NCBI GenBank assembly: GCA_951406725.2
Contig: OX597837.1
Coordinates: 42,408,001 to 42,472,000, forward strand
Direction of reading: 5' to 3'
Source of the DNA: Octopus vulgaris
Lineage: Eukaryota
Length of the DNA: 64,000 bases
In this document: positions 13,256 to 26,546 of the stretch, one piece after another
How positions within the stretch are numbered: the first letter of the stretch is position 1
Layout: each line of letters begins with the position of its first letter
Position numbers and translations under genes: made by a program
Notes under the pieces: model-generated
Told to the model about the DNA's origin: nothing
The model's input: only the letters and a program-made list of their open reading frames with translations
Databases searched by the model: none

Positions 13256-13530
13256 TTAACTCTAGCATTTAAACTGGCCATATCTAGCCACAATATTCTA
13301 CCTGATTTATGTTCAATCTGGTCAGATCAAGCCTTTCACACCAGTCCTACAATATCATTCATTCTAAAAATTAACAGTGGCTGTGTGGTAAGTAGCTTGT
13401 TTACCAACCACATGGTTCTGGGTTCAGTTCCACTGCGTGGCACCTTGGGCAAGTGTCTTCTACTATAGCCTCGGGCCGACCAAAGCCTTATGAGTGGATT
13501 TGGTAGACGGAAACTGAAAGAAGCCCATCG

Positions 13531-13563
<33 letters not shown>

Positions 13564-13888
13564 ATGTTCGTGTGTCTGTGTTTGTACCCCTAGCATTGCT
13601 TGACAACCGATGCTGGTGTGTTTATGTCCCCATTACTTAGCGGTTCGGCAAAAGAGACCGATAGAATAAGTCCTGGGCTTACAAAAGAATAAGTGCCAGG
13701 GTCAAGTTGCTCGATTAAAGGCGGTGCTCCAGCATGGCCGCAGTCAAATGACTGAAACTAGTAAAAGAGAGAAAGAGAGTTACCTCATCAAAATCTCAAA
13801 GCTACAAGATAAGGGCATGATTAATTCAAAACAGTGTGAATAAATAAGCATTAATTTTGACAGAATAATCTGAATGCTAGAGGGTTAA
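13256..13888. mobile_element. piggyBac-like MITE P1, interrupted by a family A SINE
   Basis: TTAA-CTCTAGCATT...AATGCTAGAGGG-TTAA termini. Confidence 0.75.
13376..13780 (+). mobile_element. Full-length family A tRNA-head CORE-like SINE (OR-type octopus SINE-like)
   Basis: A box TGGCTGTGTGGT, B box GGTTCAGTTCC, CORE-like CACCTTGGGCAAGTGTCTT, internal (TA)n(TG)n and 3' GCTCCAGCATGGCCGCAGTCAAATGACTGAAAC...AAAGAG tail. Confidence 0.9.
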
Positions 13889-15275
13889 GGAAGCCAATAC
13901 TCTTTTTAAATAATTTTTTTCACTTATGAACAAAGAGAGAAAATATTATGGACAGTTGTCGTAGATATTACTTGGTTAATATCGACAGAACCCAGAAACG
14001 AGTGTATGATTTCTAATTCTTTTAACAAGAAGTGGGGAATAAGTTTTGTTTTTTGCTCAGGAAGAAAAAAAATGACTAATGAGATATAAATGCAAAACTA
14101 GCAGTAATCTTAGACAGAGAAATAATTTAATGATAATGATGAGATAGCAGCAGAAAGTTTAGATTATTGCTAAGAAATATGTCTTTTGTGATATCTAATT
14201 TTACTTGCATTCTTTCTGATATCTTCGAGGTATGTAGGAAGTACAGTCATCAGCAGGTAACTAGTATCAGACGAAGAGTTTAATGCAGAATGTTTAAAGA
14301 GTATATATGTGACAATACAGGTGAAAACGATAAGCTGTAAAGGTATTCGACAAAAACGTTTATATTTTGGGAAAAAAAAATAAAAGCTCTGCTCATTAAG
14401 AATGAAATAAAATGAACACACACACACACACACACGCGCACACACACACACACACACACACATACATACATACATACATACAAACAAGTGGACACGTGCA
14501 TATTTAAAGGTGATTTAGAAATCCGCTACGATGCAAAAGAATACAAACAATAGCAATATTAAAAAAAAATTTTACATTTTTATGTTATATTAGAATATTT
14601 TGGTTTAAAAACCCCCTTATCAAGAATAATTGGGGATTAAGTTTAGGAGCGATTAGTAAAGATATATGAGGGAATTGGGGAATGCAACACGTGCGATTTT
14701 GACATGTTAAATTAGCCAATTAGCATTATGCAACATATGTCCCTCGTTGATGGCAAACTTTAATTGTTTTATAACAACAACAACAACAACAACAACAATA
14801 ATAATAATAATGATGATAATAATAATAACAACAACAACAGCAGCAGCAGCCACTTTGCTCAAATTTCCATTATTCTGTTTTATGGCTCCGATGATGACTG
14901 CGATCTCATGGTCACCATCAAAGCCGCAAAATGGAACATTTGAAACCTGAAAACTAAGAAGGCCATTCCTATTAAACAATGAACAACTCACTATCAACAG
15001 CATTCAAAAGTTGCACACAAAGCAAATTGGCTTATCTTACACTAGCAATCTGAATATTTTGCTCCACTCACCACATCCACAATCATTTTACCACATATCT
15101 AAGCAGATCAGAGCGAAGCTCAGTCACAATTTCTTTTTACTTAATAAGGGAGCTTTTAAAGCTGAAATTGTATAATTTGAGATAAAAATACCAATTTCTC
15201 TTTTTGTTTTCATGTTTAATAGCTTTCTAAATTACTTTTAACTCGATTCTATAAGCTACACTACCCTACTATATA

Positions 15276-15625
15276 TGAGGTACATTCAAAAAATATCTGA
15301 ATTTATTTTCTCCTGACAAACCTAATGCTGTGTAGGCAAAACCCTTCAGGTGAAAAGTGACATCACCCTTCTCACACATGCATGGAAAGTTTCACACAGG
15401 AAGGTCATGTCAGTTCCCGGCTATTACACCTAGAGTACGGCTGTGTAGTGTGTACTCATTAGATTTTTGTTTCCACCAAACGCGTTCAGAGGAGATATTG
15501 CATCAGATTTTACCAAAAAGCTTGGTGACACTCCAGCACAAACCATCCAGAAGATTCTGCAGGCTTCTGACAATGATGCCACGGGAAAAAATTGGAACAA
15601 GGAAAGGTAGAACCATTTCAAAAAT
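15276..15625 (+). mobile_element. Mariner (Tc1/mariner) transposon left-end remnant
   Basis: TA followed by TIR-like TGAGGTACATTCAAAAAATATC, then a decayed transposase N-terminus. Confidence 0.7.
15481..15622 (+). pseudogene. Mariner transposase N-terminal HTH remnant (frameshift and stop)
   Basis: Manual translation gives RVQRRYCIRFYQ/KLGDTPAQTIQKILQASDNDATGKNWNKER*NHFK, resembling the mariner QRYCIKFCxKLGxTxxETxxKIxxAxGDDAxxxxxxKEWxNRFK motif. Confidence 0.75.
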
Positions 15626-15889
15626 TTCAAACACAGCCACAGCAGGAAATGCATCAGGACATGAAATGTAAAAGCCGGACTAGATTATTTTATGTGCAAC
15701 TCCATTGTCTCCCAAGACAAAAAGGATGCCAACAACACACACGAATGTATATAAATATATTTACACATATACACACATACTATTAATGTTGATGACCAGT
15801 GAAACTTCAGAGTCACTGTCAATAAAATTATTAGAAGTATCAAAATTATTAGAAAATCAAAATCAAAATCGATCAACATCAATGGAAAT

Positions 15890-16218
15890 TGTAGCTGTGA
15901 TACCAGTGCCGGTGGTACATAAGAGAACCATCCGAACGTGGCCGTTGCCAGCGCCGCCCGACTGGCCCCCGTGCCAGTGGCACGTAAAAAGCACCATCCG
16001 ATCATGGCCGTTTGGCAGCCCCGCCTGACACCTGTGCCGGTGGCACGTAAAAAGCACCCACTACACTCACGGAGTGGTTGGCAATAGGAAGGGCATCCAG
16101 CTGTAGAAACTTTGCCAGATCAGACTGGGCCTGGTGCAGCCTTCTGGCTTCCCAGACTCCAGTTGAACCGTCCAACCCATGCTAGCATGGAAAGCGGACG
16201 CTAAATGATGATGATGAT
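15890..16218 (+). mobile_element. Family C retroposon with three 5' monomers
   Basis: Three GGC/TACRTAARARCACC units, then the GGAAGGGCATCCAGCTGTAGAAAC body and (GAT)n tail. Confidence 0.85.
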
Positions 16219-17502
16219 CTCACTCTACCTGCAATGGGTCATGTATTCAGTTAATTTTCACTGCATTTATACATATAAAAACATCCCTGTGTGTTTGTGT
16301 GTATTTACCATTTATCACATTGAAACTCGATCCTAAAGTAAATAAAAGAAAATTTCTTCAGCCGCAAATGTCGATTTTATTCAATCAGGCTGTTTTATGA
16401 TGTACCCTACAATCCCTTCAGTGAGATAAAGTGTCTTGTGTTTCACCCTCATTTAGCAAAACTGAAACACAAGCCATTGCTAACACTCAAGTAACATTAT
16501 TTTAAAACATGAAGGTCATTTGTGTACCAGCTGTTAGACTACACAGCCTGTGATAAGAAACTCAGATAGTCAATAAGGTAATTAAATGAAATCTTTTATT
16601 TTTTTGTTTCCCCCCACGGCAGAGTATTTTGTCTGGATTTTGAAAATGTTTCACACAGGTATTTCACACTGACATGTCTGATCATTGATTCTGCATAGTT
16701 TATAACAGTTAAACCCTTAGAGTGATGTTATTGATGGGAGAAATGGGGAAAGACAGACAGACAGAACTGCTCTTGTGTAATGTATAAATTTAACCAGTCT
16801 ATCTTAAAAAGTAGTAGTAATGATGATGATAGTGGTGGTGGTGGTTACCATCATGGTGGTGCATCATCATAGATATGGATTTCAGTTAACATGTCAAATC
16901 AGACAGGAACTTGGTGAAGCTCTCTGGCTTACCAGCTCCAGTCAAACCACCCAACCTATGCCAGCATGGAAAGCAGATGCTAAATGATGATGATGATGAT
17001 GTTGAATGTAGTGTTCAAAGAACAGGGAGAAAAATAAAAAAAATATCAAGACTTCGTGAGGGAAATTCAAAGACTGTGGAAAGTTTCTGCAACAGTAATT
17101 CCAGTAGTTGTAGGTGCCCTAGGTACTGCTACTAACAGACTTGGTAGTTTCCTTAATGGGATCGAAGTAACTACGAGAAATACATCAATATAGAATTATG
17201 TCCTTGGTGCTACATAAAAAAGCACCTAATACACTCTGTGAAATGGTAGGAGACAGGAAGGGCATCCAGCTGTAGAAATCATGCCAGAACAGGCAAGGGA
17301 ACTTGGTGTGACTCCTGACCCTGCCAGCTCCTGTCAAATTGTCCAACCCATGCCAGTATGGAAAAACAGACATTAAATGATGATGATTAAGATGATGAAA
17401 GGAGCAGCAAAGATTATTCAAAAAGACCCCGAAATCTAAGGAAACTAGTTATGACCTGGTACCAAGAGCATTGATTCCAAATGTAATGCAATTGTGCACA
17501 CC

Positions 17503-17718
17503 ATCATCATCGTTTAACGTCCGCTTTCCATGCTAGCATGGGTTGGACGATTTGACAGGTCTGGCAAACTGCACTAGACTCCAATCTGATCAGGCAGAGT
17601 TTCTACAGTTTGATGCCCTTCCTAACGCCAACCACTCCAAGAGTGTAGTGGGTGCTTTTACGTGCCAGTCAGGCAGTACTGGCAATGGCCATGCTTAAAT
17701 GGTGCTTTTTATGTGCCA
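17503..17718 (-). mobile_element. Family C retroposon
   Basis: (CAT)n CGTTTAACGTCCGC...GATGCCCTTCCTAACGCCAACCAC. Confidence 0.8.
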
Positions 17719-17807
17719 AATCCTTTTTACTCAAAGCATAAGGCTTGAAATTTTGGGGGAGGGGATGCATTTCACCCAGTCGGCTAATGATTCTGCCAGC
17801 TCACTAC

Positions 17808-17849
<42 letters not shown>

Positions 17850-18146
17850 TGCTTTTGATTGAAGTCCAGGAATTTTGTGGAGAAAGAGTTAGAGGACACC
17901 AACAGCCCCAGTACTTGACAGAAACTTTATTTAACCAGCCCTGAAAGGATGAAAGGCAAAGTTAACTTCAGTAGCATTTCAACACAGAATGTAAAGAGCT
18001 GAAAAGAAATGCCATAAAGTATTTTCCCCATTGAGTTACTGACTCTGCCAACTCACCACCTAATAGTTTCAACTTTTGGCACAAAGCCAGCAAATTTAGG
18101 GGTAGGAGGCAAGTCGATTACATCGACCCCAGTAATCAACTAGTAT

Positions 18147-18374
18147 GCGAGCTGGCAGAATCGTTAGCACGCTGGGCGAAATGCGTAGCCGTATTTCGTC
18201 TGTCGTTACGTTCTGAGTTCAAATTCCGCCAAGGTCGACTTTGCTTTTTATCCTTTCGGGGTTGGTAAATTAAGTACCAGTTACGCACTGGGGTCGATGT
18301 AATTGACTTAATACCTATGTCTGTCCTTGTTTGTCCCCTCTATGTTTAGCCCCTTGTGGGTAAAAAAGAAATAG
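18147..18374 (+). mobile_element. Family B SINE inserted antisense into an older B-related copy
   Basis: Near full-length body. Short TSD GTAT at 18143-18146 and 18375-18378. Confidence 0.85.
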
Positions 18375-19704
18375 GTATCTATTTCATCATACACCCCTCC
18401 TTTCAAAAAAGATAAAAGGCAAGGACGACCTCAGCAGGATCGGAAGAAATGCTACGAAGCAATTTTGCCAAAGAGCTGATGATTCTGCCACTTGGCATAT
18501 GGATAAGTTTCCAACCACAAAGTACATTGCAAGAATTTTTATTCCTTCTTCTAGAAACCGTCGACTTGCATCAATGGGAAAAAGAATACGGGAAAAAAAC
18601 AGAAAATATTTCACAGCTTAGCAGACTACTCTTGCACTCAGATCTCATTTCAAATAGGATTTACAGTGTTATCATTGGTTGTCTAATGTCAAACAAGACT
18701 TTATAATAGGTAGTAACTTTTGATTAGTTGCTATCAGTCACAGCAATGAACCATTCCAAGACCAGACAATGGGAACACGAAATGCTATTTATACTTAAAA
18801 AAAAACCCACCAGTAACTCTCTCTCTCTCTCTCTCTCGCACAGGAAGAAGACTGTAGAGTTTCATAAGTAAAAACAAACTATGAAGAAAGCTATATCAGG
18901 TTTCTGAATGACATTTATTTCATGTGGATTATATCTATACATACACAGGCTCACACTTAACTCAGATGTAGATGTGTGCACGAAGCAAAATTGTAGAACT
19001 AAACAGACAAGTATCAAACACTTCCAGCCTCCAAAACTTCAGTTAAATTTACATTTATGGCAGCTAGTCATTGTATATTCACATAGCATTTATTCCAGTG
19101 TACGCAGAAATTTGCTAAGTAAATCATTCTTATCGACATCATAAATTTGTATAAAAACGGAGGAATAGTAGCAAAGAGAGACAGAGAGAGAGAGATAGAA
19201 AGAAAGAGAGAGCAAGCAAATGTTATTGGAAACAATGAAAATGGTAATTTAAATTCAAAATGTTCACTTGGATTCTGAAGACCATATAACTGAAAGCTAG
19301 AAGATAAAGACCATCCATTTAGACTTGAAGGCAAAATACCGTCTATTTAAACTTATATGGAAAAAAAAAAAAGAAACCCATTTATTTGAAAGTGGATGTA
19401 CAAGAGAGATATCTACGTATAAGATTTACAGATTCTGTTTGATTTTCTTCAGCAAATTTCTTGAAAATCACATTAAAGATTTTCTTAAACTAAGATAATG
19501 GTCTTTCTTTTACCCACCTCGCCTTTTCACTTTCTTGTTCATACATACATACGTTACATTACATTCATTATATACATACATACATACATACATGGGTAGA
19601 TAGATTGATGGATGTGTGAGCATGTGTGCATGTGTATCATCATCATAATCATCATTTTATGTCTGCTTACCATACTGACATATATATACATATGTATATA
19701 TACG

Positions 19705-20435
19705 TGCAGGAGCAGTAAACGCTAAGTGTGCATGGGAAATAAATACTCCCAGACGTGCAAAAGGATTTCTAGAAGTAGTAGATATAACTTTTGTTATTTA
19801 GGTAACCTTATTAAGCAGTGGTACTCTGTTACTCTTTTACTTGTTTCAGTCATTTGACTGTGGCCATGCTGGAGCACCACCTTTAGTCGAGCAACTCGAC
19901 CCCGGGACTTATTCTTTGTAAGCCTAGTACTTATTCTATCGGTCTCTTTTGCCGAACCACTAAGTTACAGGGACGTAAACACACCAGCATCAGTTGTCAA
20001 GCGATGTTGGGGGACAAACACAAACACACATACATACATACGATAGGCTTCTTTCAGTTTCCGTCTACCAAATCCACTCACAAGGCCTTGGTCGGCCCAA
20101 GGCTATAGTAGAAGACACTTGCCTAAGGTGGCATGCAGTGGGACTGAACCCAGAACCATGTGGTTCGTAAGCAAGCTATTTACCACACAGCCACTCCTAC
20201 GTAGGGGATGTTTTCAAAATACAGTAGCCAGAGTAAAATCAGGGAGGAGGAAGTTCAGGGAGCTGGAACCTCTGTTGCCAATGAAAGGGTTTTCTCTTAG
20301 AAGGAAAAGCATGATGCTTGTTTACAAACTTTTAATGCTACATGGTAGTGATACATAATGAAAAAAAACCCCCAGAAAATCCAGGGCAATAAAGCAAACC
20401 TGCTTCACTGGATGTGCAATGTGAATGTGCACAAC
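19705..20435 (+). pseudogene. RTE-clade LINE reverse transcriptase C-terminal fragment, split by a SINE
   Basis: Frameshifted translation GFLEVVD/NFCYLGNLI...[SINE]...TVARVKSGRRKFRELEPLLPMKGFSLRRK/HDACLQT/LMLHGSDT*...KANLLHWMCNV matches RTE motifs LEVVDxFxYLG, ARIxxGWxKFREL and MLxGSETW. Confidence 0.8.
19822..20200 (-). mobile_element. Full-length family A SINE
   Basis: Reverse complement closely matches 13376-13780. Confidence 0.9.
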
Positions 20436-21567
20436 TGTTGATATTCACCATATAACCATCTCAACTGCCAGTCACTGTTCCCTCTCCCCTGTGCTACTCT
20501 CTGTTGGCATCCAATCTTCATTCTTATACACCACACTGATATTTAACCCCCCAGTTCACCTTGCACTACATTCATCCTCTATAAACATCTAACCTCCACC
20601 AACCTCATGTTTACTCTTGCAACCTTACTTTTCCCGATTCTTCTGTACCCATACTCTCGTCTGTTCACCTTTTTTGGATATGTTACCATGCGTGTATGCT
20701 TTGGCACCTCGTCTCTACCAAACTTTTCTGTTTTTTGGGTATCACTCTAGCAACCCCCCAAAGCAAAATAAAAAACAGCCATGAAATCTCCTCCAAAACA
20801 GTAAGTCTGTTTCAACTCCTCTCACCATACTTTAACCTCAACACCTCCCTTAAAGCAACCACCCTATCTTCTATCCCCCTGCTCAGTTGAATAGATAAGC
20901 TAACATAAGCTCACTTCACTAGATGCAGGTGCCACAATAAAAGCATCCAGTATAGTCTGTTAAGTGGTTGGCATTTGCAAGGCGGTGCTCCAGCATGTCC
21001 ACAGTCAACATAACTGAAACAAAGCAAAAGAATTAAATACTTGGCAGAGATACTCAGTGATATCAACTCCCAACCTATTTCTAGGTTATCCGCTTCATAA
21101 TTTTGCCTTTATATGTTCACACACATAGCTTTTCATTTCAACATGTTTTTCAAGATGACCCTCTTCCTATTAAGGAGTTTTCGTGTTTCCATTGTATTTC
21201 TGTAAGGATTGACGGACGAGGGAATCAGGGAAGTGGAGGAATCACAAAATTTCTGTTGTTATTGTTGTTTGTATTGCAAACAAGAACCATGGGAATGGAA
21301 TTCTGTCTGTTTCTCATGAAACGACAGAATTGCTATTGCGCTGGAAAATTGATTGGCAGCATTTCTTCTGATTCTTCACATCCCCGCCAAAGTCAATTTT
21401 GCCATTTATCCTTTTGGGACCAATAAAATAAAGTATTACTCATATACCTGGGATCAATGTAATTGACTTATTCCCTTCCTTAAAAATTGGTCTTGCGCTA
21501 AAATCTGAAACAATTGTTCATTTATACATTTTCTAACTATGATCAATTCAAGCAGTTTCTCATTTCA

Positions 21568-22300
21568 TGCAGTGTCACCTCTCAATCAGTTGGAGCCCCT
21601 GACTGTTAATTGGAAGGCATGGAGGCCCATGTGGGATGTTGGAAAAGAGTGCTTGGAAACTGAATGCAGAAGACTGCATGAAGAGAAGAGGAGACGTCAT
21701 CATCAACCTCTCGTAGCTGCCATGTTCAGGGTCACTTTCAGTGCCCTCGGTGCCACAGGATCTTGTATCAGTCGGCGAGATGGCAGAAATGTTAGCACGC
21801 CAGGCGAAATGCTTAGCAGTATTTCGTTTGCTATTACATTCTGAGTTCAAATTCCGCCAAGGTCGACTTTGCTTTTCATCCTTTCAGGGTCGATTAAATA
21901 AGTACCAGTTGCGCACTGATGTCGATATAATCAACTTAATCCGTTTGTCTGTCTTTGTTTGTCCCCTCTGTATTTAGCCCCTTGTGAGTAGTAAAGAAAT
22001 AGGTATTTTGTCTGCCGTTTACATTCCGAGTTCAAATTCCGCTGAGGTTGACTTTGCCTTTCATCCTTTCAGGGTCAATTAAATAAGTACCAGTTACACA
22101 CTGGGGTCAATATAATTGACTTAATCCATTTGTCTGTCCTTGTTTGTCCCTTCTGTGTGTAGCCCCTTTGTGGGCAGTAAAGAAATAAGGATCTTGTATC
22201 AGTCTGGTCAGGTATGTCCACGCACACGAGAAACAATGTGCTAAAGGTGGTGGCGGGTGAATGTCTTGGATTGACACTCATCACTCACGATGGACAGTAT
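21568..22300 (+). pseudogene. RTE-clade LINE 3' end (ORF C-terminus with zinc finger), split by a SINE dimer
   Basis: PLNQLEPLTVNWKAWRPMWDVGKECLETECRRLHEEKRRRHHQ, then frameshifted HFQCPRCHRI...ISLVRYVHAH, resembling RTE C-terminal WR...EEKRRRR...CPxCxRxCxSxIGLxSHxRxH. Confidence 0.7.
21774..22187 (+). mobile_element. Family B SINE head-to-tail dimer
   Basis: A full copy plus a 5'-truncated copy under one 17-bp TSD AGGATCTTGTATCAGTC (21757-21773 and 22188-22204). Confidence 0.9.
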
Positions 22301-22936
22301 CATAAGCAACTGTTGATGCAAAAGTTTCAGTAGACAGATAAGCCATAGTTCCATATGTTTATAACACAATGCAATATCTTATCTTTATGCTGAGTTGTGC
22401 ATTATACTCCGCTGCTAACACAGCTGCCCTGACAATGTTCCTAGTTTATTTGGAGCGGGGTGGGGTGGATGTTCTAAATAAAACAATTATGTTATCAAAT
22501 AATGTCTTTCTTCTTTTTTTTTTTTTTTTTGTTGTATCCAAGTTTGCAGTTCGTGTTTTGTAACATAATTAACAAATATACTAATAAACAACCGAATGCC
22601 TGTAAGCCGCTGAATAAACTTTGGGAGACTAATGTAATTTACAAACTCAGATATAAACACGAGAAAGTTGAAGACTTTATAAGTGTCTAATAGTGGCATT
22701 GGATATAGAAAGCACCACAGTTGCTGGCTGACCATGTAGGTATCTACTACAGCAAGGAAATATAGCAACACACTTTATTATACAATGGAAAACAGAGCCA
22801 GATAGGAAAAAAAAAATACATTAGTTGATTGCACAACTGTCTTACGGAGAATACCATCAAAAATAAAAGAAAAAAAGCAGCAACAAAAACCTAGATTAGA
22901 AACAGAAGTTATGTTAGTAGCAAAGAATAAAACAAA

Positions 22937-22970
<34 letters not shown>

Positions 22971-23055
22971 GTGCATCCTAATACAAGATGCCACAGTCAA
23001 ACTGTCTCCTGTTTGCTGAAAGAAATCTAGCATCAATAGTCTTGAAATTTCAACC

Positions 23056-23229
23056 TGGCTGTGTGGTTAAATAGCTCACTTTCCAACCATGGCACTTTGG
23101 ATTCAGTCCCACGGTGCGGCACCTTGGGCAAGGGTCTTCGACTATAGCCGCCTTGTGAGTGAATTCAGGAGACAAAAACAGTGTCGAAGTCCATCAGGTA
23201 TATATATGTGTGTGTGCGTGCATATATAT

Positions 23230-23266
<37 letters not shown>

Positions 23267-23744
23267 ACACATTCTAGACCAAGAGGGAGGAGTTCAATGA
23301 TATTAGGCAGAGGAAGTTCTACCATTCAATGAAGACAAGGCTAGTAAGTGCTGTAGAAGGTTCACATGCATAGATGCCCAAGGGCATATATATATCGTGA
23401 AGTACATTTGCCACTTAAATGTGGCTAACCCTTAAGGGTGGATGCTACTGTAGCTTGTAGCCCCAGGAGGACATCTCCACCCGCTGGCTATTGACACACT
23501 TTCTGTGCTCTCTCTGTATTTGCAAAGGGAAGCCATCCTTCCCATCTTCAACCTGACATGATACACACGGACTGGAGTTTCTGGGCACAGAAAGTGTGTC
23601 AATAGCAAGCTGGAGGAAATGTCCTCCTGGGGCTACAAGCTACAGTAGCATCCACCCTGAAGGCTTAGCCACATTTAAGTGACAAATATACTTCATGATG
23701 TCATGCAGCTAATGTTTATACCTTGTTCAGAGATTTATTATATA

Positions 23745-23783
<39 letters not shown>

Positions 23784-23980
23784 CCCCTACTAGCATATGA
23801 CAACCAATATTGATTCGTTTATGTCCCTGTAACTAAGCAATTCAGCAAAAGAGACTGATAGAATAAGTACCAGGCTTTAAAAAAAAAACGTGCTGGGATC
23901 GATTTGTTTCACTAAACCTATCAATAGAATACTCCAGCATGGCCACAGTGCAATGACTGAAACAAGTAAAAGATCAAAGG
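23056..23980 (+). mobile_element. Family A SINE interrupted within its (TA)n tract by other insertions
   Basis: Head GGCTGTGTGGTT...CACCTTGGGCAAG near 23057-23132 and tail CTCCAGCATGGCCACAG...GAAACAAGTAAAAG near 23932-23973. Confidence 0.75.
23394..23699. mobile_element. MITE with ~115-bp terminal inverted repeats
   Basis: Arm 23394-23508 is the near-exact reverse complement of 23585-23699 with a few mismatches. The spacer is 76 bp and the element abuts (TA)n. Confidence 0.85.
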
Positions 23981-24348
23981 TATTACTAACGAAATATACT
24001 ACCTGCATGCTTTAATTAATTTTGCAAATAATCAATAATTTGGAAGGATTTAATGGAATCAATTTTTTTTGTTGAGATACTTTATCGAACAAGAAAGTGT
24101 TATCCATAAACGTATGGTGAAACAGTTTTTCATTTAACTAAATATAAAAACTTTAAAACTCAAGATTTTATGTAATAGAGCTAGAATTTAAATGAGAAAG
24201 GTTGGTATTAAAGGAAGAAGAAAACCAGACAAGAACACCTCAGTAATAACAATCACCAGTAAAATCATTGCAATACTAACGGTACTAATAAATACATTAT
24301 TTCCATGCAGATGTAAGATATATATATATATCTATCTATCTATCTATC

Positions 24349-24394
<46 letters not shown>

Positions 24395-24516
24395 ATGCTA
24401 GCATGGGTTGGACGATTTAACTGAGGACTGGTGAACCAGATGGCTGCACCAGGCTCCAATCTGATTTGGCAGAGTTTCTACATCTGGATGCCTTCCTAAC
24501 ACCAACCACTACGAGA

Positions 24517-24588
<72 letters not shown>

Positions 24589-26546
24589 ATGTATACATGC
24601 ATATATATATATGAGTGTGTGTGTATGTGTGTGTGTGTGTATATATATATATGTATGTATATATATATAAATATATATATATATATACACGCACATAAAA
24701 TCAGTAGAAAACTTTTAGGAATACATACAACTTCTGCCTTAAGTTAGAAAACTGCCGTAAACCTTGTCTGTTCATATTTATGTATAATTAACTTTATGCA
24801 TAATCAAATAATAACTTCCATTTTAGATGCTGTAACAAAGCTGCAAAATATACATTTAGCTTCGAAACACTGATAACGGTCAATCTATCATACACTGAAT
24901 GTAATACGACAACAATTGTATTCATGACAACATGCAATTGAGAGACAGATAATTTCAAAATCTTCAGCCTCTTTCAGACATCTCCAAACTGATTTTAATG
25001 TAGCATATTAACACAGACAGGAGTGTAGTAGGTGAACCAAATTGTTTCCTTAGCTATAATGCAGATATACAAGAAATTTCTACACTTTTGGTGATTTTTA
25101 TAATTTTGCTTTCTTTTCTATATTTTCAACCAAAATCATGTGCTTGAATATTTATTTGTGTTGCGTCCTCGTCATAATAGTAATGATTCCTTATGTATTT
25201 ATTTATTTATTTATTTATCAATTTTTTTCAAAAATCTGCAACATTTTAAGGAACTAATCTGTATAAATTATTGTTAGTTTTTTGGTTTTTCGTTTGTTCA
25301 ATTTTGATTTCTCTGTAATGAATTTGAAAATTATGCTAATTTTATTTAAATTAAAACACACAAAGCATCATATTTGCCAGAATTATCTCGCTAAACTGTA
25401 AAATGTATATAAAAATATGCCATATTCAACAATATACATTATATTGTGATTATTATTCTGATTATTGAGGTAAGGTTGGCATAATGACGACATGAGGGCA
25501 TGGGGGTCGTTAACTTTTTTGTCAGATATTTGCAAATTCTGCTGTGATTAGTTGTAGCTAACTGAGTTAACAGAAACACAGATATGAGCCGTTGACAGCT
25601 GAAGGATTTATGGGAAGAGTTCTCAGAGTGTGTGAAGTGGGGAAGAAGGAAGAGTAACTTCAGAACAAGTAACAAGTGCATTAAACTTGCAATAAAGTTT
25701 TGATTGAAACTCCTTTTGAATATATACAATGTGGAGTGCATTTTTTAAAATTGAAGTTGAGCACAGGCAAAGTTAGAATAAACACACACACACATCTAAG
25801 TGGCAACACATGAAACTCTTGACCCGTAAGAAGACTGTTGCACACACAATGGGCTTCTTTTAGTTTCCATCTACCAAACCCACTCACAAGTCTTCGGTTG
25901 GTTCAATGCTATAGTAAAAGACATCTACCCAAGGTGCCACGTAGTGGGATTGAACCCAGAACCATGTGGTTGAGAAGCAAATTTCTTACCGCACAGCTAC
26001 ACCTGACGATTTTCTTATAACAATCCATCCAGTATGTACCTCATTTTAGATATGTTGGTAGGCTGGAACCTCTTGTGTTAAATGTTTATGGAAATTACCA
26101 AAAAAGGGTTAGGGCCTGATAATGAAAATTATGTAGGGCCTTGGCATTTCATTTGTCATGATTTGTGCTGCATGATAACACAATATACTTAGAATATCAA
26201 ATATCATCATCATCAACATTTTGCATTCAAAGAATAAGCTGCGATAATCTTAGTTCTTATTGGGGGTTACTATTCTCTCCTATTCAGGTCAAGGGAACAC
26301 AACTTGCTCCCACATTTTGTTTCGCATAGTTTGTAGTGTTAGTTGCCCTCCCTAACGGAAACCACTTGAAGCATTTTATCATGGCACCAGCACTGGACCA
26401 AGGAGTCCTCTTGACACCAGGCATTTTATCAAGGTACCAACACTACAAAGGCTGTCGTGATCTCAATAAAGAGAAGACTAGAGAGTTCTTTGGACTCCAC
26501 ATTGTGTGTGTGGAAACAACTATAAACGCATGTACAAACTGACATA

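Noticed and set aside
13376-13450. tRNA-like A/B boxes here and in other SINE heads
   Set aside because: There is no complete cloverleaf and they continue into SINE bodies, so they are not tRNA genes.
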